A stretch of DNA of 38,197 bases from a bacterium (GTDB lineage: Bacteria > Zhuqueibacterota > Zhuqueibacteria > JANLFK01 > Oleimicrobiaceae). The notes under the pieces were generated by a model. The model was not told the DNA's origin. It made no database searches and saw only the letters and a list, made by a program, of their open reading frames with translations. Shown here piece by piece: positions 26,882-34,112 of this stretch. Position 1 is the first letter of the stretch; every line of letters starts with the position of its first letter. The stretch covers positions 1,094-39,290 of the forward strand of contig JBBIKH010000003.1 in NCBI GenBank assembly GCA_037445575.1, in the 5' to 3' direction. Both the position numbers and the translations under genes were made by a program.

Positions 26882-27112
26882 CTACTGGTTGCTTGCCGCC
26901 CACATAGCGCGTAGATGTGCGACAAACTCAGCGCGACGCTCCGGTTCGCCGCGCAGCTCCTCCTTTATCTTCTTCCACGCTGCCGAACAGTCCTTGTAGG
27001 GCACTCCCACAAGTTGGTGGAGCAGTTGGTCCACCTGCCGGCGGTTGGCGGAGGTCAACTGGATATTGGCCGCCGCCAGTTCTTCCTTCAAGTGGCGTAG
27101 GTAGCAGGACAT
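26882..27112 (-). CDS. Small helical hypothetical protein (MSCYLRH...YKDCSAAWKKIK)
   Basis: GGAGG RBS; fits the operon between neighbours; two Cys plus His. Confidence 0.78.
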   Translation of the reverse strand: MSCYLRHLKEELAAANIQLTSANRRQVDQLLHQLVGVPYKDCSAAWKKIKEELRGEPERRAEFVAHLRAMWAASNQ

Positions 27113-27139
27113 TCTGCCCTCCAGCTTTGGTGCATGCCG

Positions 27140-27694
27140 CTACTCTGCGTTGGCCTTTTGCTTTTGGCGCGGTGAGGCAAACAGGTGGCCGACCGCCTCT
27201 GCGGTGAGCACGCGGTAGGCGGGCGCGTTGGCGCGCCGGTAGGCATCGGAGTGGTGCATAGCGGCCACGCCACCTGCCCTCAGCAAGGCGTCTATTTCCT
27301 CCACCTCAGCGAAGGCAAAAGGGAGTTCTCCTTGCCGCACACAGTGCGCGAACTGGTCCCAGAGGGCCAAGAGCTCCTCCTTGCTGCCGCTAAGCCCTCT
27401 GGCCGACTGCAGAAGCGCCTGCCACAGAGCGGTCAGATCGCCACCCCGTTGCTTGTACGGGCGCAGGTTGAGGCGCAACGCTGTTCCGGACGGCGAGATA
27501 GGTTCTAGCAAAAGCTCGCCAGCGTCCGGCTTGAGGTGGGCAAACTCTTCCGCGAGCGCGGAAAAAGCCTCCTCCGGGTGTGCCAGCACATGCCCCGGGC
27601 CGAACACCGCCTGGTAGAGCATTTTGTACACGTCTTGCACCTGCAGATTGCGGTGATGCGCCAAGTGCCAGCGCACGAGCTCCTGCACGGTCAT
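27140..27694 (-). CDS. Hypothetical protein with QDxYKxxYQxxFGxGH and HHSxxYRxxxxPxYRV motifs
   Basis: ATG at 27694 overlaps the upstream TGA (ATGA coupling); motif-like His/Tyr-rich segments. Confidence 0.8.
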   Translation of the reverse strand: MTVQELVRWHLAHHRNLQVQDVYKMLYQAVFGPGHVLAHPEEAFSALAEEFAHLKPDAGELLLEPISPSGTALRLNLRPYKQRGGDLTALWQALLQSARGLSGSKEELLALWDQFAHCVRQGELPFAFAEVEEIDALLRAGGVAAMHHSDAYRRANAPAYRVLTAEAVGHLFASPRQKQKANAE

Positions 27695-28590
27695 GTTGAT
27701 CTGCCTTGACGATGGTGGCGGCGCAAACGGGTTCGGCTCATCGCCGGCGGTTCCTGGCACAGGGGGCAGACAAAGCACCGCTGCCTCCCGCACAGTATGC
27801 TTGCCACGGGGCTCCCGCATCGCCAGCATGTGCGGTTGCGAGCATCCCAGCCGATGGCGCGAAATCTGCCGGCTTTGCCGTACACGTCGACAAAGCCCGT
27901 GGTCGCCGTTCCCCCTTTTTCCAGCACCTTGTGGAGCACAACCCTGGTTGCTTCCAACAGGGCCCGCTGTTGCGGCAGGGTGAGGCAGCCTGCCTTCGTC
28001 CGCGGGTGGAGACGGGCGTGCAGGAGGATCTCGTCGGCGGTCGGGCCATCGAGCCCTGCGATGCGCCGCGGGTCGAGCAGTAGGGTACGCACCAGCCTCC
28101 CCGCACTGCGCGCGAGGGTGGCACGGAGCACCTCCATGTCAAAGTCAGCCGAAAGCACGTCGGGTCCCAATCCCTTGAGCGGAGGCTGACGATGGACGTT
28201 GGCGGTTGGCACTAACCTCGCCGCTTCCGGTGCAGGCAACCCCACCAGCAAGCAGGTGTTCTCCTGGAAGCGAACTACGATCCCGTCATGACGGCAGTCC
28301 GTTCCTTGTTGCTCTAGCCAGCGAATGCTTCCTCCACCGGCGAACTGGAGCGCCAGTGAGAGCCTCGTGTCCATGTCAATGAGCAGGCAAGCGGCGACGC
28401 GTCGGACTCCAGCCACGCGTGAGCCCCACAGGAGGGCTTGCGGATGTGGGGGTAGATGCGGAGCATACGCTCCAGGGAAGTCGGCGTTCACTATCTTTTT
28501 GCCGACAGCGCATGCGCGCAGCTGCTCGCACCAGATTGCCACTTCCGCGGCGTTCCTGGTTTGTTGCAAGGCCTCACGCGGGGCGGCCAT
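27691..28590 (-). CDS. Fpg/Nei (MutM)-like protein, catalytically degenerate
   Basis: LGPD, H2TH-like LLLDPRRIAGL..ADEILLHARLHP, C-terminal zinc finger CWRC...CPLCQ; lacks the N-terminal PE motif. Confidence 0.82.
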   Translation of the reverse strand: MAAPREALQQTRNAAEVAIWCEQLRACAVGKKIVNADFPGAYAPHLPPHPQALLWGSRVAGVRRVAACLLIDMDTRLSLALQFAGGGSIRWLEQQGTDCRHDGIVVRFQENTCLLVGLPAPEAARLVPTANVHRQPPLKGLGPDVLSADFDMEVLRATLARSAGRLVRTLLLDPRRIAGLDGPTADEILLHARLHPRTKAGCLTLPQQRALLEATRVVLHKVLEKGGTATTGFVDVYGKAGRFRAIGWDARNRTCWRCGSPVASILCGRQRCFVCPLCQEPPAMSRTRLRRHHRQGRST

Positions 28591-28726
28591 AGCTCACCTG
28601 CTCGCGGTCTCTCTCCAACGCAAGCCTTCCTTCAGCGCACAGGGCATACCCACGTTCTGCACATTGCAAAGATAGCAAAGATACATCACAAATGCACGTC
28701 GCAAATGCGGGCTCCCAGCTGCGCAT

Positions 28727-29464
28727 TCAGCTGGCCGTCAGGCTAGACATCGCTGCCTGGACTTCCTCAAAATAGGAGCTGGACAGAAACTTTGTCAGTC
28801 CTTCCCTCCGGTAGATCGATAGTACCTTGTGGGCGTAGTTCATCCGGTCAACGAGCACCTCGTCGACGAGTCCTTGCAGCATTGCTGCCAGGCGTTGCGG
28901 GTTCATGGGGAGGGCCGGCCCGACAAAGGCGTAGGTGCGCACGCCTGCGGCCTTGAGGGCAGCTAGCGCCGTGAGCCGTTCGGCGATGGGTGGCGCATGG
29001 GGCTCAAACAGGCGGCGCATTCGCTCGTCGTCGGTGGTGATGGTCAACCCCACTTCGCATTCCGGGAGTGCACGCAGCACATCAAGATCGCGCGTGACAA
29101 GCGGCGACTTGGTAAGGATGGAGACCGGAAACAGCGTGCGCGCCAACACCTCGAGACAGCGACGGGAAACGGCGTAGCGTCGCTCCAGCGGCTGATATGG
29201 GTCGGTCACCGTGCCCAGCGAGACGACGCCTGGGCGGAGCCGCGCCACATCCCTCTCCAGCTGGTCCGCTGCATTTACCCTCACGTCGACGAACCTCCCC
29301 CACGGCTCCCGGTGATTGGTGAAGCGCCGCATAAAGTCTGCGTAGCAGTAGCGACACCCGTGCGCACACCCGACGTAAGGGTTCAGCGCGTAATCGATGC
29401 CGGCGATGCGAGAAGGGGTCAAAGCGGACTTGCAGCGAATCTCCTTGATCAGGACGGCGGGCAT
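28727..29464 (-). CDS. Radical SAM protein, SplB-like/Rv2578c (COG1533) family
   Basis: LNPYVGCAHGCRYCYA, TDPYQPLE, ILTKS, FEP. Confidence 0.9.
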   Translation of the reverse strand: MPAVLIKEIRCKSALTPSRIAGIDYALNPYVGCAHGCRYCYADFMRRFTNHREPWGRFVDVRVNAADQLERDVARLRPGVVSLGTVTDPYQPLERRYAVSRRCLEVLARTLFPVSILTKSPLVTRDLDVLRALPECEVGLTITTDDERMRRLFEPHAPPIAERLTALAALKAAGVRTYAFVGPALPMNPQRLAAMLQGLVDEVLVDRMNYAHKVLSIYRREGLTKFLSSSYFEEVQAAMSSLTAS

Positions 29465-29490
29465 ATCCCTACCGCACCTCTTCCAGCCAC

Positions 29491-29991
29491 TCAGGCCTCC
29501 TCCTCGGGCGGCAGCGGGTGCTTTTGCTTCCGGGAGTAGCGCTTCCGGTCGCGGTGGACAACCGTAGGCTTGGGCAGCGGCTTGCGCAGGGACTTGTACA
29601 ACTCGTCCACCTTGATGCGCGTCGTGGTCTTTTTCTTGTGGGTGGCAGCTCCCACCGACGCCGAGCTATCGGTTGGAGGGCGTTGCCGATGCTCTCGGGA
29701 ACGGGGGGCGCAGATGAGGCTTTCCTTGGCTGTCCTGGAAAGGCGCTTCAGGGCCTGCTCACGACGCCGTGCTTCTGTGAGGGAAGCGCATTCCTCCCAA
29801 TGGACGAGGACAACGGGTCGGCGCGTGCGCGTGTAGCGCGCGCCGCCGGGTAGCTCGCCGTTATGCCGGCGCAAACGCTCGGCGACATCCTTGGTGCAGC
29901 CGGTGTAGTACGACCCGTCCCTGCAGCGGACGATGTAGACGTAATGCCTACTCTCTTTCCCCTGACGCGCGCTATCTGCCCCTCGATTCAT
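29491..29991 (-). CDS. GIY-YIG nuclease (YazA/YhbQ-like) with basic C-terminal extension
   Basis: YVYIVRCRDGSYYTG, RLRRHN, GARYTRTRRP, ARRREQALK; about 70 extra C-terminal residues. Confidence 0.88.
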   Translation of the reverse strand: MNRGADSARQGKESRHYVYIVRCRDGSYYTGCTKDVAERLRRHNGELPGGARYTRTRRPVVLVHWEECASLTEARRREQALKRLSRTAKESLICAPRSREHRQRPPTDSSASVGAATHKKKTTTRIKVDELYKSLRKPLPKPTVVHRDRKRYSRKQKHPLPPEEEA

Positions 29992-29992
29992 G

Positions 29993-31498
29993 CTACATTT
30001 GCTCCAAGAAATGGTGCCGGGTCACACGCGCGACCACCCCAGAAAGTAGCAACAGCCCCACGAGATTGGGGAAGGCCATGATGGCATTCGCGGTATCGCC
30101 AATGTACCACACGATGTTCAGGTATTTGCCGGTCATAAGCGCGCCAAGGAAGAGCAAAGTGATGTACACGAAGCGGTAGGGCATGGTGGACTTTACGCCC
30201 CAGATGTACTCGATGCACTGTTCCCCATAGTATGCCCAACCGATCAGCGTGGTGTAGCCGAACAGGAACGAGCCAATAGCAACGATCCAACCGCCGAAGG
30301 GGATGACCGAATTGAAGGCCGTGGTGGTGAGGGCCGTGCTTGACAGCCCGCCGTTCGAAAGGTCGTACCCGATGCGGGTTGCAAACTCCTGGGCAGCCTT
30401 GGGCAGGGTAGCTAGAACCTCCGGGGCCAGGCGACTTCCCTCTCGCAGCAACTCCACCCCCGCCGCCGGTGTGAGCACCCACACCCCCGTAACCACGATG
30501 GTCAAGGTGGTTAGGGTGTTCACGAGCAGAGTATCGATGAATACGCCGGTCATGGCGACGAGCCCATTGTAGGTGGGATCAGGCGACTTGGCAGCCGCTT
30601 GGGCGATGGCCGCCGATCCGAGGCCCGCCTCGTTGGAAAGGACCCCGCGTCGTACGCCCAGACTGATCGCCTTTTGCACGCTGGTGCCGAGCAAGGCGCC
30701 GCCCGCCGCTTGCAGGGAAAAGGCCGAGCGCACGATCAAGACAAAGGCATCATCGATAGCCGTCGCCCTCGCAATGAGAATAATGAGCGCCCCTGCGAGA
30801 TAGAACAGGATCATAGCGGGGACTAAGCGCTCAGCCACTGCCCCGATCCGTTTGATGCCGCCGATGATCACCAACCCCACAAGCAGGGTGATCACCACCG
30901 CGCTCACCAGCGTGGGCACCTGAAACTGCGTTTTGAAGGCCAGGGCCATGGAATTGGACTGCATCATGTTGCCGGTGCCGAACAGAGCCGTAAAGGCGCC
31001 GCACACAGCAAATACCATCCCCAGCGTCTTTGCCAGAGGCTGCCATTTGATGCCGTAGCGGCAGTAATACATGGGCCCGCCGGCCATGGAGCCGTCTTCT
31101 GCCACTTTGCGGTATTTGACGCCCAGGAACCCTTCCGCGTACTTGGTGGCCATGCCGAAGATGGCGGAGACCCACATCCAGAATGGCGCGCCTGGGCCAC
31201 CGGTGGCGATGGCCGTAGCCACACCGGCGATGTTACCGTTCCCCACGGTGGCCGCCAAGGCAGTCATCAAGGCGGCAAACGGCGAAATGTCCCCCTGCTT
31301 CTCGTGTACGGAGCTTTTTTTTGAAGCTCCGCTCAGGGCAAACTTCAAGGACAGAAAGAATTTGCGCACCTGGATGCCCCGCGTCACCACCGTCAGCACT
31401 ACGCCAGTGCCGCAGAGGAGGATGACCATCCAGTTGCCCCACATAAAGTCGGCAAGTGTCTGGGAGATGCGCAGAAGCTGTTCGAGAAAGGCCGTCAT
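29993..31498 (-). CDS. Alanine/glycine:cation symporter (AGCS family)
   Basis: ATVGNGNIAGVA, GGPGAPFWMW, GGPMYY, SNEAGLGS, many TM helices. Confidence 0.95.
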   Translation of the reverse strand: MTAFLEQLLRISQTLADFMWGNWMVILLCGTGVVLTVVTRGIQVRKFFLSLKFALSGASKKSSVHEKQGDISPFAALMTALAATVGNGNIAGVATAIATGGPGAPFWMWVSAIFGMATKYAEGFLGVKYRKVAEDGSMAGGPMYYCRYGIKWQPLAKTLGMVFAVCGAFTALFGTGNMMQSNSMALAFKTQFQVPTLVSAVVITLLVGLVIIGGIKRIGAVAERLVPAMILFYLAGALIILIARATAIDDAFVLIVRSAFSLQAAGGALLGTSVQKAISLGVRRGVLSNEAGLGSAAIAQAAAKSPDPTYNGLVAMTGVFIDTLLVNTLTTLTIVVTGVWVLTPAAGVELLREGSRLAPEVLATLPKAAQEFATRIGYDLSNGGLSSTALTTTAFNSVIPFGGWIVAIGSFLFGYTTLIGWAYYGEQCIEYIWGVKSTMPYRFVYITLLFLGALMTGKYLNIVWYIGDTANAIMAFPNLVGLLLLSGVVARVTRHHFLEQM

Positions 31499-31542
31499 TT
31501 CCGCTCCCTTCCAACGGTACGGTCATTACCTCGCACTGCACT

Positions 31543-31571
31543 ATGATAAGAAAAAATCCCACGATTGTCAA
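31543..31571 (-). promoter_or_regulatory. Putative sigma70 promoter for the AGCS-GIY-YIG-radical SAM operon
   Basis: Minus strand TTGACA-17 bp-TATCAT. Confidence 0.65.
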
Positions 31572-31600
31572 CACCTATTTGCGCCCAGGACCTTTTCTCC

Positions 31601-31629
31601 TTGACTTTCAACAGCGGTTGTTGTACACT
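31601..31629 (+). promoter_or_regulatory. Putative sigma70 promoter for the parB-like/splB-like operon, with an inverted repeat in the spacer
   Basis: TTGACT-17 bp-TACACT; spacer contains CAACA-gcggt-TGTTG (31609-31623). Confidence 0.6.
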
Positions 31630-31678
31630 TCGCAAGACCATGTTGCAGCCTCGGCGCCCGCTTGGAGGAATGTGGACC

Positions 31679-32665
31679 ATGGACTTCCAGGAGCAGATCG
31701 ATCGCAGGCTGGCTAAGGTGAGCCTGGCGGAAATTGACCTCCACGACCCCTACTACCAGATCAGCTACGGGGCGGTGCCATCGACTTTAATCGATTCCTT
31801 GCGCACCGCCGGCGTGATCAATCCCCCCACTCTCCAGCGGAAGCAGGACGGACGGTGGCGCATCGTGGCCGGTTTTCGCCGCTGTGCCTTCTGCCAAGAG
31901 CAAGGGGCAAAGAAGATCACGGCCTGGTGTGTGGAGAATGTTGCCCCAGAGCTATCCCTCTTCATCTGGGCCGTGTGCGACAACCTCGGAGTGCGCCAAC
32001 TCAATACCGTGGAGTGCGCCATCGTGCTTGCCAAGCTTCATGGGCAGTTTCGCATCCCGAAAGGGGACCTGGCGCGTCGTTACATGCCCCTGTTGGGCCT
32101 TGGCAGTAGCACCGAGCTGGTGGAACGGTATCTACGCCTTGCGGCCCTTGAAGAGCCGATGCGCGAGTGGCTGGCGGAGGAGTGGCTTTCACAGGAGGCG
32201 GCGTTTCAGCTCGTGGAGATGGCACCTGACGAGGCGCGCGCCCTGTTTGCCGTCATCGCAGCGCTGCGTTTGGGCAAGAACTACCAGCGGGAGTTGATCC
32301 GTCTTGCATACGATGTGGCGCGAAGGGAGGCGCTCAGCATCAGAGAACTGGTTGCCTCTCCGGAACTGCGGGCAGCTATGCAGGAGCAAGAGCTGAGCCC
32401 TGCTCACAAGGCCGAGCGGGTGCTGGGCTGGCTGCGAGAGCGGCGTTTCCCCCGTCTGGCGCTCGCCCGGAGGCGGTATGCAGAACTGGTGCGGCAATTG
32501 TCCCTGCCGGCCAACATTCGCCTCTCGCCTCCCCCTTACTTCGAAGGGGCTGAATGGTATTGTCAGCTGCAGTTCGCAAGCCAGGAGGAACTGCGGCAGA
32601 TGGCAGAGCGCTTGCAGAAAATTGCACAATGCGCAGAGCTGCAGCAGCTCCTCCTTCTGCCATAA
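31679..32665 (+). CDS. Orphan ParB/Srx N-terminal domain protein
   Basis: GGAGG RBS; SLRTAGVINPPTL, IVAGFRR, DNLGVRQLNTVECA (ParB box I/II and ENxxRxxLxxxE-like); C-terminal QFASQEEL resembles the ParB dimerisation domain. Confidence 0.82.
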   Translation: MDFQEQIDRRLAKVSLAEIDLHDPYYQISYGAVPSTLIDSLRTAGVINPPTLQRKQDGRWRIVAGFRRCAFCQEQGAKKITAWCVENVAPELSLFIWAVCDNLGVRQLNTVECAIVLAKLHGQFRIPKGDLARRYMPLLGLGSSTELVERYLRLAALEEPMREWLAEEWLSQEAAFQLVEMAPDEARALFAVIAALRLGKNYQRELIRLAYDVARREALSIRELVASPELRAAMQEQELSPAHKAERVLGWLRERRFPRLALARRRYAELVRQLSLPANIRLSPPPYFEGAEWYCQLQFASQEELRQMAERLQKIAQCAELQQLLLLP

Positions 32666-32683
32666 GATGGAGGGGAACTCACC

Positions 32684-33769
32684 ATGCCCGCGGAACCGTT
32701 TGCCCCTAGGCATGTCTTCGTCGAGGAGGAGGTGGCGGACCTGCCTCTGACCAAGCGAGTGCTCAGTCGCTTGCCAGGGGTTCGCCCGGTCGTCCTGGCT
32801 GAAGGGGAGGGTCCTCCGCAGCTTATGGAGGTGGAAGCGCACAACGCCTTGGTCTTGGCCAGGCAGCGCGGTCGATTCGTGAAGCGCTGTCCCGGCACCA
32901 GAGGGTACCTGTGTTGCGGCTATCTGAACCTTAATGTCGCCATGGGTTGTGACATGGCCTGCGAGTACTGTATCCTCCAGGGCTACTTGTCCAGGCCAAT
33001 GATCACCCTGTTCGTCAACACCGATGACCTTTGGCGTGAGCTGGATGAATTGCTGCAGCAGACAAGGCGAGTGGTCAGGATTGGGAGCGGGGAACTGGCA
33101 GACAGCCTAGTCTGCGATCACCTCACCGACCTCAATGGGGAACTCGTGCGCTATTTCGCCGATCAAAAGCAGGCGTTGCTCGAGCTCAAAACCAAGAGTG
33201 ACCGCATAGAGTCGTTGCTGGGAATTGATCACGGGCGGCGGACTGTGCTCTCCTGGTCATTGAACAGCGAGGCAATGCGCACGGCCCATGAGGCAAGGAC
33301 TGCCCCCCTGATGCGGCGTCTGGAAGCGGCTCGCCTGGCCCAGGGGGCAGGGTACCGCCTTGGTTTCCACTTTGACCCGCTCATCTGGTACGAAGGATGG
33401 CAGCAGGATTATCAGGATGTGGTTGACCAACTTTTCAGCTTGGTGCGGCCGGAGAACATCGTCTGGATCAGCCTGGGGGCCCTGCGTTACCCGGCGCAGA
33501 TGGACCGCCTCATCCGCACGCGCTACCCACGGAGCGCCCTTCCTCTTGGTGAGCTCGTCCCGGGGGAGGACGGCAAATGGCGTTACTTCCGTCCACTTCG
33601 TGAGGAGATGTTCCGCTGGCTGTATCAACGCATCAAGCGGTACGCGCCGCAAGTTGCCGTCTATCTGTGCATGGAGAGTGACCAGGTCTGGCGTCGTTCC
33701 TTCGGCTGGTCGCCCAAGGACAGCGCAGGTCTTGCCCGCCTGCTTGATCAGCGCGTGCTTATGCCCTAG
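32684..33769 (+). CDS. Spore photoproduct lyase (SplB)-family radical SAM protein
   Basis: N-terminus PFAPRHVFVE, GCDMACEYC, DHLT, LKTKS, RLEAA, GFHFDPLI..EGW..Y; collinear with SplB as recalled. Confidence 0.88.
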   Translation: MPAEPFAPRHVFVEEEVADLPLTKRVLSRLPGVRPVVLAEGEGPPQLMEVEAHNALVLARQRGRFVKRCPGTRGYLCCGYLNLNVAMGCDMACEYCILQGYLSRPMITLFVNTDDLWRELDELLQQTRRVVRIGSGELADSLVCDHLTDLNGELVRYFADQKQALLELKTKSDRIESLLGIDHGRRTVLSWSLNSEAMRTAHEARTAPLMRRLEAARLAQGAGYRLGFHFDPLIWYEGWQQDYQDVVDQLFSLVRPENIVWISLGALRYPAQMDRLIRTRYPRSALPLGELVPGEDGKWRYFRPLREEMFRWLYQRIKRYAPQVAVYLCMESDQVWRRSFGWSPKDSAGLARLLDQRVLMP

Positions 33770-34058
33770 TCCACTCTGATGAGACTACGCTCTCGGGCTT
33801 ACCCGCAAAGCCACCTTCACTCCCCGCTTTCTTGCCTGAGCAAGCCCAGTCGACCCCAGCGAGGGGGCAATCGCGGTAGCCGGACCGTGTTCCGCCGGCA
33901 ATACGACACGTGCCATTTCCCTCGTCGAAAGGGGGTGCCCACGTGCGTGGGTTGCTACGACCTTTAGGCCCTGCTTGCCGCGGCACACAGCACTAGGCGT
34001 TTGCCAGAGGATTGAGCTTTACATGGATGCACAACCTCACGCCTTCAGCATGCTGCAG

Positions 34059-34093
34059 GCACCGTCGGGGTGGGCTGTCCACACCCACGGTGT
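34059..34093. terminator. GC-rich hairpin between convergent genes
   Basis: CACCGT..GGGTG-loop-CACCC.ACGGTG about 20 nt past the regulator stop; no U tract. Confidence 0.25.
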
Positions 34094-34112
34094 GATGGCG
34101 CCAAAGGGCCGG

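Noticed and set aside
31499-31545. Glycine riboswitch expected upstream of an AGCS symporter
   Set aside because: The predicted leader is only about 40 nt and has no aptamer motif.
33770-34058. Sigma54-like TGGCAC and parS-like CACGTG words in the intergenic gap
   Set aside because: GG-to-GC spacing is not 10 bp, and no full GTTTCACGTGAAAC-type palindrome is present.
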